A DNA stretch of 64,000 nucleotides from Pseudomonadota bacterium. Lineage in GTDB: Archaea > Thermoplasmatota > SW-10-69-26 > JACQPN01 > JAJPHT01. This document shows, one piece after another, positions 39,410-51,812 of this stretch (positions are counted from its first letter, which is position 1; each line of letters opens with the position of its first letter). The notes under the pieces were generated by a model. The model was not told the DNA's origin. It made no database searches and saw nothing but the letters and a program-made list of their open reading frames with translations. Made by a program: the position numbers and the translations under genes. The stretch covers positions 64,001 to 128,000 of the forward strand of contig JAJPHT010000029.1 in NCBI GenBank assembly GCA_021325135.1, read 5' to 3'.

Positions 39410-40440
39410 GCGTGCGGCCTCGGGTGGAAGCCGGGAAGCGGGGGCGCCATGGGCGCGTCGCGGGCCAGCAGCAGGGCGCCGAAGCGGTCGCCCATGCCGC
39501 CGGGCATGAGGAGCCCCTTTCCGGCGAGGTACGCCGCGTGGTCGCCCCGCGCGAGGGCATGCATCAGGTCGTCCACCAGCCCCAGGTCCCCGAGGAATTC
39601 CCCTTGGGGCGCGAAGGCGTGCCCGTGCCAGCCGGCCTCGGCCGCAAGCTGCGCGATCCACGGGAAGTCCACGTCCGCCGTGACGTCCTGCTCGCCGGGC
39701 GCCTCGAAGGGCTCCGTCACCTGGTGCCGGCGGAAGCCGCGCAGCATGCCCCCGGGGCGCCCTTCGCCGTAGAGGCGCTCCGGCGCGCCGCCGTAGTCCA
39801 GGAAGAGCGCGTAGCCTCGGGGCGCCGCGCGGGCCATCTGCGAGAGCAAAGCCGCGGCGTCCAGGTTCACTTCCACCGCGGCGCCCGGAGGGAGGTGCGG
39901 CGCGAGACGCGCGGCGGCATTCACCAGCTCGGGCGTGGAGAGGGGGCCGGGCACCTCCACGAGCGCGCCGTCGACCGCGTCAAGATAGCCCTCGCGGACG
40001 CCCTCAGGAGTGCCCAGGAGGCGGTGGACGGGGAGCGCGTCGAGCACCTCGTTGGCGAGGAAGACGGTGGGCGCGGGGCGAAGCTCCTCCAGCGAGGCGA
40101 CGACGTGGAGCCCCTGGGCGCGCTGGCGCTCGGCCATGCCCGCGTTGGGCTCCACCGCCGTGACGGGCACCTGGAGCGCGGCCGCCAGGGCGCCCGTGCC
40201 GCCGCCCAGCTCCACGAGGCGCGCGCCCTCCAGGCGCTCCATGGCGGCCTTGACGAAGCGCGCCAGCGCGCCGGGGAAGAGGCTCACGTTGCTGGCGGTG
40301 TAGAAGTCGCCCTCCGCGCCGATGGCCGCGCCCTTGGCGTAGTAGCCCTCGCGCGGGTCGTGCAACGCCATCTCCAGGAAGTCGCGCACGCGCAGCGGGC
40401 CCTCGCCCTCGATGCGGCTGATGATCCGGTCGCGCAGCAA
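39406..40440 (-). CDS. MidA/NDUFAF7-family SAM-dependent methyltransferase, paralog 1
   Basis: ALHDPREGYY, GDFYT, ELGGGTG, NEVLDALP, LDYG, DVTADVDF, PGGMGDRF. Confidence 0.9.
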   Translation of the reverse strand: MLRDRIISRIEGEGPLRVRDFLEMALHDPREGYYAKGAAIGAEGDFYTASNVSLFPGALARFVKAAMERLEGARLVELGGGTGALAAALQVPVTAVEPNAGMAERQRAQGLHVVASLEELRPAPTVFLANEVLDALPVHRLLGTPEGVREGYLDAVDGALVEVPGPLSTPELVNAAARLAPHLPPGAAVEVNLDAAALLSQMARAAPRGYALFLDYGGAPERLYGEGRPGGMLRGFRRHQVTEPFEAPGEQDVTADVDFPWIAQLAAEAGWHGHAFAPQGEFLGDLGLVDDLMHALARGDHAAYLAGKGLLMPGGMGDRFGALLLARDAPMAPPLPGFHPRPHA

Positions 40441-40461
40441 CGCCCGGGCCAGCGCGCGCCA

Positions 40462-41241
40462 TCACTTGGAGGTTTTGCGGCGCTTGGCGGCCTTCTTGGG
40501 CTTCGCCGCGCCCAGCCCCGGCGTCGGCTTGTCGAGGACGCCCAGCTTGAGCATCTTGGCCTCGGCCTGCTGGGCCCACCCCTTGTTCGCCAGCGGGTTC
40601 GCGGGGCTGGGGTGGAGCACGCTGCCCACCCGGGCGTCGATCCCCTGGGCCTCGACGACCTCGCGGATGCGCCCCTCGGCGAAGGCCCCGATTCCCAGGA
40701 CCCACTCGGGGCGGAGGGCCCGCGCGACGGCGGCGAGGTGCTCGTCGCAAGCGGCGTAGAGGTGCTCCGTGTCGCCCTTCTTGAGGTCGGGCGGCGTGAG
40801 GTTCTTGCCCGCGGCGTCGTAGAAGAGAAGCGGGCAGTAGTTGACGACGTAGAACTCGGCGAAGAACGCCTCCGCGGTCCCGTAGCGCGCCTGCGCCCAC
40901 CCGTAGAGGCGGCTGCCGCTGGGCTCGCGGCGCTTCGTCGCGAAGCCGGTGATGGGGCGCTTGGGGTGGAGCCTCGGGGGCTCGCCCACCTTCCCGTCGA
41001 TGCCCATCCAGTCGCGCACCATGACGACGTCGCCGAAGGGCACGCCCGTCTGCCCCATGCCGTTGGGGCCCGGGTTCATGCCCACGAGGAGCGCGCGCCG
41101 CGGCGCGCGCGCCCCGAAGCGCTTGACGTACTCGGCGTGCGGCTCCCACGCGTACTGCAAGGGGTCGTAGACGTAGGGCACGCCGAAGCGCATCGCCTCG
41201 ACCTCGTCGCGCAGGCGCTGGGCCGCCTGGAGGACCGGCAT
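40462..41241 (-). CDS. SMUG1-type (family 3) uracil-DNA glycosylase
   Basis: GMNPGPNGMGQTGVPFG, EPSG, NYCPL, HPSP motifs. Confidence 0.9.
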   Translation of the reverse strand: MPVLQAAQRLRDEVEAMRFGVPYVYDPLQYAWEPHAEYVKRFGARAPRRALLVGMNPGPNGMGQTGVPFGDVVMVRDWMGIDGKVGEPPRLHPKRPITGFATKRREPSGSRLYGWAQARYGTAEAFFAEFYVVNYCPLLFYDAAGKNLTPPDLKKGDTEHLYAACDEHLAAVARALRPEWVLGIGAFAEGRIREVVEAQGIDARVGSVLHPSPANPLANKGWAQQAEAKMLKLGVLDKPTPGLGAAKPKKAAKRRKTSK

Positions 41242-41319
41242 GGGACGCCGCACGCCGGGCGCCCGCAAAAGAATGACGGCTCCGACAAGGCCAAGGCGCG
41301 CTCCGGGATTCGGCCCCCC

Positions 41320-42816
41320 GTGGAGGAGCCCCTGCACGTCCTGGCGTGCGACCGGCAGCCGCAGGACGCCGACGCGCTGGTCCACCGGTGGGCCGACGGC
41401 GCGCGCGACCGACTCTCGTTCGCGGACGTGGGGCTCGCCTCCCGCGCGCTGGCGTCGCGCCTCTCCGAGGCGGGCGTGCGCGCGGGCATGCGCGTCGCCA
41501 TCGCGCTCCCGCCCTCGCCCCTCGTCCCGGTCGCGCACCTGGCGTGCTCGCGCGTGGGCGCCGTGAGCGTGCCCCTCTCGCCCATGCTGGGGCCCGACGC
41601 GCTGGCGCCGCGCCTCGCCATGGCGGAGCCGGCCCTCGCCCTCGTCCACGAGACGCGCGTCGCGGCGTTCCGCCAAGCGGCGCCGCGCCTGGCGCTCTGG
41701 ATCGCCCAGGGGCGCAACCTGCGCACGACGCGCGGCCCCCTCCCCGAGGACGCGCTTGCCGCGTCGGCGCCGCTGCGCGAGCGGGCGATGAGCCTCTTCT
41801 TCACCAGCGGCACCACCGCCGCGCCCAAGGCCGTCGTGCTGCCGCACCGCGTCATCCCCGGAAGGATGGAGGGCTTCCGGCGCGCGCACCCGGGCTTCGC
41901 CGGGGGCCGCTTCTGGAGCCCCGCCGAGTGGAGCTGGATCGGCGGCCTGCACGACGCCCTCTTCGCCCCCTGGCTCGCGGGCGGCTGCGTGATATCATCC
42001 GAGCGCGCGGGCCACTTCGACCCGGCGGCCGCCGCGCGCCTCCTCGTCGAGGAGCGCGTCGAGAGCGCGTTCCTCCCGCCCACCGCGCTGAAGCTCTGGC
42101 GCGCCAGCGGCGCCCCCACGCCGCGCCTCTCCTCGCTGCACACCGCCGGCGAGACGCTCCCCGAGCCGTTGCTGGGCTGGGCGCGCGAGGCCTTCGGCGC
42201 GCCGCCCCGCGAGGTCTACGGCCTCACCGAGTGCGCGTTCGTCCTGGTGAACGACGAGGCCGAGCCCGGCGTCACGGGCCGCGCGGCGTCGGGCGCCGAG
42301 GTGGCGGTGCTCGCGGAGGGGTCCGACGAGCCCGCGAAGCCCGGCGAGACGGGCGAGGTGTGCATCCGCGCCGGCGCGCCCACCATGATGCTGGGCTACC
42401 GCGAGGCGGGCGCGATCGCGCTCCCGGTGGACGAGGGCGGCTGGCTGCGCACGGGGGACGAGGCGCGCGTGCTGGAGGACGGCCGCCTGCGCGTGCTGGG
42501 CCGCCTGGACGACGTGGTCAAGACCAGCGGCTTCCGCGTCTCGCCCGGCGAGGTCGAGGCCGCGCTGCACCGGCACCCCGCCGTCGCGGCGTGCGCCGTG
42601 GTGGGCGAGCCCGACCCCGAGCGCGGCCAAGCCCTGGTGGCCTACGTCGTCCCCGCGCCGGGCCACGTCGCGGGCCCCGCGCTGGCAGACGCGCTGCGCG
42701 AGCACGCCAAGGGGCACCTCGCGGCGTACATGGCGCCGCGCGCGGTCCGCTTCGTGGACGAGCTTCCCACCACGGTCAACGGGAAGCTCCAGCGCCGCCG
42801 CCTGCGGGGCGGCTGA
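41320..42816 (+). CDS. Acyl-CoA synthetase (AMP-binding)
   Basis: FTSGTTAAPK, YGLTE, TGD, GRLDDVVK, GKLQRR. Confidence 0.88.
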   Translation: MEEPLHVLACDRQPQDADALVHRWADGARDRLSFADVGLASRALASRLSEAGVRAGMRVAIALPPSPLVPVAHLACSRVGAVSVPLSPMLGPDALAPRLAMAEPALALVHETRVAAFRQAAPRLALWIAQGRNLRTTRGPLPEDALAASAPLRERAMSLFFTSGTTAAPKAVVLPHRVIPGRMEGFRRAHPGFAGGRFWSPAEWSWIGGLHDALFAPWLAGGCVISSERAGHFDPAAAARLLVEERVESAFLPPTALKLWRASGAPTPRLSSLHTAGETLPEPLLGWAREAFGAPPREVYGLTECAFVLVNDEAEPGVTGRAASGAEVAVLAEGSDEPAKPGETGEVCIRAGAPTMMLGYREAGAIALPVDEGGWLRTGDEARVLEDGRLRVLGRLDDVVKTSGFRVSPGEVEAALHRHPAVAACAVVGEPDPERGQALVAYVVPAPGHVAGPALADALREHAKGHLAAYMAPRAVRFVDELPTTVNGKLQRRRLRGG

Positions 42817-43624
42817 GCCCGCGCACGTCGGAGGCCATCTCCTTCCAGTGGAGGGCGCCGCGCTCCTCGCGGAAGTACCCGAAGTGGCCCAGGCCGTCGA
42901 GGACGCGGCGCTGGAGCCTCTCCTGCGGGAAGCGCGCGAGGAGCGCCTCGACCGCGGCGGCGGGCGCGTAGCCGTCGTCCGAGACGCGCAGCGCCAGCGT
43001 CGGCATCCTCAGCCGGGCGTAGTCCGCCTCGCCCTCGACGAAGCCGCGCCGCCGGCCCCACGCGGCCCACTCCCGCGCGACGCCCGCGGGCACGTCCTGG
43101 CCCAGGCCCGCCCACCCGGGCACGCGCCCCAGCGCCGCCGCGAAGAGCGGGATGCCCACGTGCCACACGCCCCACAAACGATATCGCGACGCGCCCCGCC
43201 AGTGGCGCCAATGCCCGTCCTGGCTCGCCACGAGCACGAGGCCCTCCAGCGTCGCGGCCTCAGGGCAGAGCCCCGCGAGCCAGCCGCCCGCGCTGTGGCC
43301 CAGCATCACGAGCGGGCGGCCCGGAAACGCGTCGCGGGCCGCGGCGATGGCGGCGGGCATGTCCAGCCTCGCCCAGTCGCGCATCGTCGCGGGGTCGTCG
43401 CGCACGCGCGGGAGGCGCGAGCCGCCGATGCCGCGGAAGTCGTAGGTGAGCGTGGGCACGCCCTCGGCGGCCATGGCCGCGGCAAAGGGCGCGTAGTAGG
43501 CGCGGCGCACGGCCATCGCGGGGCTCACGAGGAGCGCGGGGCCCGTCCCAGGAGCGGCGTCGAAGCGCGTCGCGGCGAGGGCGCGTCCGTCAGCGGCGTG
43601 GAGAAGGAGATCGACCCCGGGCAC
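42776..43624 (-). CDS. Alpha/beta hydrolase
   Basis: YDFRGIGGS, GHSAGG nucleophile elbow, GHFGYF. Confidence 0.85.
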   Translation of the reverse strand: MPGVDLLLHAADGRALAATRFDAAPGTGPALLVSPAMAVRRAYYAPFAAAMAAEGVPTLTYDFRGIGGSRLPRVRDDPATMRDWARLDMPAAIAAARDAFPGRPLVMLGHSAGGWLAGLCPEAATLEGLVLVASQDGHWRHWRGASRYRLWGVWHVGIPLFAAALGRVPGWAGLGQDVPAGVAREWAAWGRRRGFVEGEADYARLRMPTLALRVSDDGYAPAAAVEALLARFPQERLQRRVLDGLGHFGYFREERGALHWKEMASDVRGLSRPAGGGAGASR

Positions 43625-43753
43625 GGGCGGGACTGGAGCCGCGACGTCTTGGCCGTTGCGAGCCCTGACCCGTCCTGGTCGCAGCCGGCCAGGTGCAGGC
43701 GCGCTGCCTCCTAAGCGCCCCCTTCCCGTCGCCCGCCCCGGAGGCACAACAAG

Positions 43754-44368
43754 ATGAACCCCCGCATCGCGGCAATCGCCACGCTGTCCCTTCTGCTCAC
43801 CGTCCCCCTGGCGCCCATGGCGTCGGCGCAGCCCCCGACCATCGTCCACCTCTGCACGGACCAGACGTCGGACTACTGCCCCGGCCTGGTCTGCTTCTCC
43901 ATCAGCCTTCAGGTGACCAACTGCGTCCCCGACGTGGTCTCCCCGCTCACGCAGATCAGCGTCTGCCGCGAGCACGAGACGGGCTGCCCCCCCGGCCAGT
44001 ACGCCTGCGTGACCGACGGCGCGGCGCAGCAGTGCGTCGTCGACCCCTGCCTGCTGGCGCCCGAGATGTGCAACCCCCTCCAGACCGGCCCCGGCCCCTG
44101 CCTGGACTCCCTCAACGGCGGCTGCGGCCCCTGCCCGCCGGGCACCCTGATGGTGTGCAGCTGCCTGCTCTGCGAGATCACGCCGATCATCGCGTGCAAC
44201 ACGCTGCCCACCGAGACCGTCGGCTACTTCGCCGGCTTCCAGGGCACGAGCTGCATCGGCGGCCGCGCCTACGTCTGCACGGACCCCCAGGTCACGCTCC
44301 CCAGCCGCTTCCTGCCGGGCCACGTCCAGTGCACGGCCGAGGACGACTCGGTCCTCGTGATCCCGTAA
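43754..44368 (+). CDS. Secreted highly Cys-rich protein (20 Cys)
   Basis: GGAGG RBS; signal peptide ending ASA. Confidence 0.8.
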   Translation: MNPRIAAIATLSLLLTVPLAPMASAQPPTIVHLCTDQTSDYCPGLVCFSISLQVTNCVPDVVSPLTQISVCREHETGCPPGQYACVTDGAAQQCVVDPCLLAPEMCNPLQTGPGPCLDSLNGGCGPCPPGTLMVCSCLLCEITPIIACNTLPTETVGYFAGFQGTSCIGGRAYVCTDPQVTLPSRFLPGHVQCTAEDDSVLVIP

Positions 44369-44558
44369 CGCCGCTGCGCGGGACTCCTCCGCGGCCGCGA
44401 GGCCCGGGGTGTTCCGCGTGATATCCTTTTTTCTCGTTCTCCTTCTCATCGCCGTCGCGGCGGACGACGCCGCAGGCTTCTTCTGCGCGCGGGGGGGGAC
44501 GGCCCGGGAGCGCCCCTTGGTCTTCGCGCTCCCGGGGCGTGCCACCGTTGGCGGACGC

Positions 44559-45095
44559 TCAGCCGTGGCCGACGGTCACGCCGATGGGCACGCACGACCC
44601 GTAGAGGCTGACCGTCCGCAGGCCGGCGAGGAACGTGTGCAGGTTGGCGCACGTCGTCCCGCAGCTGAGCGTCCCGTCCAGCACGGGCACCGCGCCCTTG
44701 TAGGAGCCCGTGAGCTCCGAGGTCGAGCCCACGCGGACGTACTCGAAGTGCGAGCCGTCGCTCACGTTCATGACGCACGACTCGGCGGCCGCCGTGCAGC
44801 CCCCGGCGCCGTCGGACTCGTAGTCGACCTGGTGCGTCCAGGTCGCGAGGTAGAAGAGGCCCAGGGGCGGGTCGCGCACCGTTGCCCCGGCGTTCGTGAC
44901 CAGCGTGAAGGCCCAGGGCTCGGTGGCCGAGGTGGTGGAGCCCGAGCAGTCCACGGCCGTGCCGGTGATGAACCCGCTGGCGTCGAGGCAGGCGTCGAGC
45001 GTGCAGACGGTGGAGTCGGCCGAGGCCGGATGCGCAAGGAGCATCGCGGGGGCAAGGAGCGCGGCGAGGAGGGCGGAGGTCTTCCAGAATGTCAT
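44559..45095 (-). CDS. Secreted Cys-rich protein (8 Cys)
   Basis: Signal peptide MTFWKTSALLAALLAPAMLLAHPASA. Confidence 0.75.
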   Translation of the reverse strand: MTFWKTSALLAALLAPAMLLAHPASADSTVCTLDACLDASGFITGTAVDCSGSTTSATEPWAFTLVTNAGATVRDPPLGLFYLATWTHQVDYESDGAGGCTAAAESCVMNVSDGSHFEYVRVGSTSELTGSYKGAVPVLDGTLSCGTTCANLHTFLAGLRTVSLYGSCVPIGVTVGHG

Positions 45096-45222
45096 GGGAA
45101 TCCGTTGCCCCTTTCCGGGGCGATCCGCGACCCGCGCTGGCGAGAATAACACATCTATGCAGGTTGTTTCTGTAACAGCCGCGCCGGGGGTTAGCCTTCC
45201 CCCCGGCGAGGGGGCTGGTGCC

Positions 45223-45525
45223 TCACGCGACGTTGAGGTTCACGCACGTCTGCGTTGGCAGGCGGTCGTGCAGCGGGTCGAAGGCGAGCCAGTCGATCGT
45301 CTCCAGGCTGCCTGCGTAGGCCACGAGGCACAGGGCCGTGGCCTTCACGCCGTTGGCCAGGCCGACGGCGTCGGCGACGAGGCAGTTGACGGAGGCGCAC
45401 GGAAGGGGCGGGATGGGCGGGATCGGGTGCGGGCCGCAGAGGGTGGGCGAGCACGCGGCGGCCTCGGGCAGCAGCGCGAAGGTGGACGCGATCAGCGCGG
45501 CGATCAGGATGAATCGGGCGTTCAT
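45223..45525 (-). CDS. Small secreted Cys/Pro-rich peptide (6 Cys)
   Basis: Signal peptide ending AAA, then CSPTLCGPHPIPP. Confidence 0.75.
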   Translation of the reverse strand: MNARFILIAALIASTFALLPEAAACSPTLCGPHPIPPIPPLPCASVNCLVADAVGLANGVKATALCLVAYAGSLETIDWLAFDPLHDRLPTQTCVNLNVA

Positions 45526-45612
45526 GTCGAAGCTCCGGCGCCATCGACGCGCGTCCGAAGCTAAGCGATTCCCTTCGGATGGTTGCTGGAGCGGAGCGCC
45601 CAGGGGTGAAGG

Positions 45613-48528
<2,916 letters not shown>

Positions 48529-48652
48529 CGGAGAATCGCGCGCCCATCTCCAATGATGGTATTTGAGGCTTCGCGGGGGGCGGCGAAGGTGCGCTCCCGG
48601 GGTCGCGCCTCGGTCCCCTGGCCGCTCCCCGCGGAACCTTGAAGGACCTGCC

Positions 48653-49426
48653 TCAAGAGGTCGGGCCGAGGGGGATGTGCTCGGTGTGGCTGACGGGCCC
48701 AGCCTCGATGGTGAGGTCGATCCACGCCGCGAGCTGGCCTTCGGGGCTGCGCGGCACGGAGCATGACGGCTCGCAGTACCAGTAGGGGATCGATTGGCCC
48801 GTGGGAAGGTCCAGCGTCCCGTCGGTGCGGGGGATGGTGTAGAACTCTCCCGCATGGGGGTCCAGGAAGCTGCCGGCGGGGACGACGAGGCGCGCGGTCA
48901 CCGTCACGGGGGGCGCGTCGCCGACGTGCTCCGAGCCGACGGTGGTGGTCGTGTCGCAGCCAGTGTGATGGCCCTGCGCAGCCCAATTGACGTAGCCGCA
49001 GATGCTCGCAAGGTCGGGCGTGACCACCTGGAGGGGGATGGAGGCGAAGCCGGGCGTCGGACCGAGGGTCGCGGGACCGGCGACCTCGAACTCGCCAATG
49101 CAGAGGAGGTGGAAGCCGTCGTCCGCCGGGGAGCCCTCAGGGGGGATGCACACGCCCGGGAACGTCACGGGGCCCACCGTCTCCTGGGCCGGGTCCACCG
49201 CTGGGGTCGCGGCGTTGACGTCGGGGATGGGCGTGACGCTCCGGCAGGCCTGGAGAAGGGTACACCAGCGGGAGACGCTCTCCTGGGGGGTGTCGATTGC
49301 CTGGCCGGGGATGGAGGGTCCCACCGTCTGGTCAACGGCGGGGACGGGAACGGGCGTGGCCGTGACGGACGGCGCGGCCAGGATCATGACAGCAAGAAAA
49401 GTGAGAATCGGGAAGGTCGTTCGCAT
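48653..49426 (-). CDS. Secreted Pro/Thr-rich protein (8 Cys)
   Basis: Signal peptide ending VTA. Confidence 0.7.
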   Translation of the reverse strand: MRTTFPILTFLAVMILAAPSVTATPVPVPAVDQTVGPSIPGQAIDTPQESVSRWCTLLQACRSVTPIPDVNAATPAVDPAQETVGPVTFPGVCIPPEGSPADDGFHLLCIGEFEVAGPATLGPTPGFASIPLQVVTPDLASICGYVNWAAQGHHTGCDTTTTVGSEHVGDAPPVTVTARLVVPAGSFLDPHAGEFYTIPRTDGTLDLPTGQSIPYWYCEPSCSVPRSPEGQLAAWIDLTIEAGPVSHTEHIPLGPTS

Positions 49427-49621
49427 GGGAGAAACCGTGCCGCCGGAATCTGTAACTGTTATTTAATGTCGTTTGACCTGCGTTGCTGGGAGGCGGCCGC
49501 CGGGCTGCCCCTCGTCCAGGCCCGGCCGGGGGCGAAGCCGTCCGGCCCGGCGTGAGATGTGCCCTCACGCCCCCCAGGGACAGAGAAGAGCCTTATGCTG
49601 GCCAAGGCGGTGCGGCCCCTC

Positions 49622-50719
49622 ATGCGGCTGGCTGTCCTCCTGCTCGTCTTCCTGGTCCTCCCCCTCGCTGGCGCGGCCCCGCCGCTGGACGACGACGCCG
49701 GAAGCGGCACGGACGCCCCCAACACCCCCTCCCCCGGCGTGGCCATCGTCCCCGGCCCCGTCTACATGGGCGCCTTCTCGGTGCCCTCGGACACGGCGGA
49801 CTTCTACACCTTCTCGGCCGTGAGCGGCGACGCGCTGCGCGTCATGGTCTGGCCCCTGGAGGCGTGCATCAGCTTCTACGCCCCCAGCGGCGCGCTGCGG
49901 CAGAGCCTCTGCACCGTGGGCGGCTCCAACCTCGTGCTCTCCGGCACCGCCAACGAGACGGGCACCTGGTACCTGGGCATCTCGCAGATCGAGCACGCCC
50001 TCACCCCCTACCGTTTCTCCCTGGGCGTCAACGGCTCCCCCTCCGACCCCAGCCCCGGCGTCTCCCTCAACCCGCCGCGCTTCATCCAGCCTGGCGAGCT
50101 GGTCACGACGCCCGTGGGCTCGTGCACCATGAACTTCGTCTACAACGGCACGGGCGCCAAGGCGGGCCACGTCTACATCGGCACGGCCGCCCACTGCTGG
50201 ACCGCCCTGGGCCAGAGCGCCTCGGCCGCAGGCATCACCAACTTCGGCACCGTCGTCTACCTGGGCGACTACGCGGGCATCAACGTGGGCACGTTCGACA
50301 ACGGCATCCCCGGCACGCAGGTGGACTTCTCCCTCATCGAGATCAACTCGGCCTACCTGCCCTTCATCAAGGGCGAGGTCAAGGGGCACCCCGGCATGCC
50401 CACCGCGCTGAAGGCGCACAGCACCGTGAAGCTGGGCGACCGCTTCCTCTTCTCGGGCTACGGCGTGGGTTTCGACTCCAGCCAGCCCACCCGCGAGGAC
50501 CGCCAGGGAATCTACACCCTCAACGAGGGCACCACCTGGCAGGCCGCGGCGCCCATCACGCCGGGCGACTCCGGCGGCCCCGTGCTCCACTCCGACGGCA
50601 CCGCCGTGGGCGAGGTCACGGACATCAGCGCGCTGGGCGCGGGCGGCCCCTGGCTCGACCAGGCCATCAGCGAGGCCAGCGCCCACGGCTTCCCCATCGC
50701 CCTGAGGCCCGCGTACTAG
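49622..50719 (+). CDS. Secreted trypsin-like (S1) serine protease with N-terminal PPC-like domain
   Basis: TAAHC, DFSLI, GDSGGP catalytic motifs; alternative start at 49595. Confidence 0.88.
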   Translation: MRLAVLLLVFLVLPLAGAAPPLDDDAGSGTDAPNTPSPGVAIVPGPVYMGAFSVPSDTADFYTFSAVSGDALRVMVWPLEACISFYAPSGALRQSLCTVGGSNLVLSGTANETGTWYLGISQIEHALTPYRFSLGVNGSPSDPSPGVSLNPPRFIQPGELVTTPVGSCTMNFVYNGTGAKAGHVYIGTAAHCWTALGQSASAAGITNFGTVVYLGDYAGINVGTFDNGIPGTQVDFSLIEINSAYLPFIKGEVKGHPGMPTALKAHSTVKLGDRFLFSGYGVGFDSSQPTREDRQGIYTLNEGTTWQAAAPITPGDSGGPVLHSDGTAVGEVTDISALGAGGPWLDQAISEASAHGFPIALRPAY

Positions 50720-50759
50720 AACCGGCTTCACGGTCTCGCCCGGACCTTTTTCCTCTCCT

Positions 50760-50879
50760 CCGGCGGCGCCGCAGCGCCGCCAAATGCGGGGGGTTTGGGG
50801 GGCGCAGCCCCCTGAAGTGAAGTCCCGTTCCAGCCGACGACCGAAACGTCAGGGGGCTTCGCCCCCCGAACCCCCCGCA
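50760..50879. repeat. REP/REPIN-like inverted pair, copy C
   Basis: GGCGGCGC-CGCA-GCGCCGCC and GGGGGCGCAGCCCCCTGA, linker, inverted ACGTCAGGGGGCTTCGCCCCCCGAACCCCCC; between convergent genes. Confidence 0.85.
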
Positions 50880-50881
50880 CC

Positions 50882-51481
50882 TCAACCTTCGAGGTCGCCG
50901 CGGTCGAGGATGACCATGCCGGTCTTCAGCGACTCGGCCTCCTCCGGGGAGAGCACGCGGCGCTCCACCTTCTCGGCCAGGATCGCGCTGTTGCCGAAGG
51001 GGTCGTCGATGACGAGGCTGAAAGGCAGCTCGCCCGTGAGCATCCGCTCGTAGCGCGAGAGGTACTCCTGGAGGAGCGCCACCTTCTCCGGGTCCTCGCC
51101 GTGGAACTCCAGCGCCGTGAGGAGGATGTCCTTCGCGCGGTCCAGCACGCCCTCCACGTTGGAGACGTAGCTCTCCGAGAGGGGCGAGGGCTCCGCCGTG
51201 AAGCCAAGCTCCGCGATGCGGATGGTGCCCGAGTTGCTGCGGATGACGCGGATGGTGAGGTCCTCCAGCGACTCCACGCGAAGCTCCAATCGCATGGGGT
51301 CCTTCTGCGAGAGGATCATGAAGTCCGCGTGGCGGAACCCGCACGCGCCGCAGCGCAGCGTCGTCTCCATGCCGTCCCCGAAGTAGGGCACGTTCACCGT
51401 CATGCTCAGCATCGTGAGTTGCCCGACGGCGCGGCACATGGGGCAGGGCGAGTCGACCGGGACAGCCTGGATGCCGCTCAC
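50882..51481 (-). CDS. ZPR1 zinc-finger protein
   Basis: CPMC, VPYFG, CGACGFR, SNVEGVL, DDPFGNS. Confidence 0.92.
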   Translation of the reverse strand: MSGIQAVPVDSPCPMCRAVGQLTMLSMTVNVPYFGDGMETTLRCGACGFRHADFMILSQKDPMRLELRVESLEDLTIRVIRSNSGTIRIAELGFTAEPSPLSESYVSNVEGVLDRAKDILLTALEFHGEDPEKVALLQEYLSRYERMLTGELPFSLVIDDPFGNSAILAEKVERRVLSPEEAESLKTGMVILDRGDLEG

Positions 51482-51600
51482 GGTCCGCGCCACTCTTCGG
51501 ATTCTCTTAATGGTTCCTGGGCGCCCCGTGGGGTCTTTCTCTGGTCGCCACGCCTCCGGAGACGCCAAAGGAGGCGGGAGAGGACGTCGTGCGGGCAAAG

Positions 51601-51658
51601 GGTCACGTGACCGGTCACGTGACACGGCCACGCGAGTCATGTGACCGGTCACGTGACT
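51601..51658. repeat. Array of four GTCAYGTGAC palindromes (two 24-bp doublets)
   Basis: GGTCACGTGACC GGTCACGTGACA N10 AGTCATGTGACC GGTCACGTGACT. Confidence 0.9.
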
Positions 51659-51812
51659 CCCTCCTCGTTGGCCTCCTTGGAGAGCGGGCATCTCGGTGAG
51701 CCCAGAAAGGAGCCCCCAGACGCGGGAGGCGCAAAGACGGGCCGAGCCCGATTTTGAAATGATGAAGCTTAAGTGCCTCGCGCGAGTGATATGCCACGCA
51801 AGGGATGCACGC

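Noticed and set aside
44409-44558. Possible small ORF starting MFRVISFFLVLLLIAVAA
   Set aside because: Atypical codon usage and it runs antisense into a real gene; cannot be supported
51520-51732. SRP RNA or RNase P RNA (also considered for 14631-14945)
   Set aside because: No SRP helix 8 motif and no RNase P GAGGAAAGUCC or AACAGAA motifs on either strand
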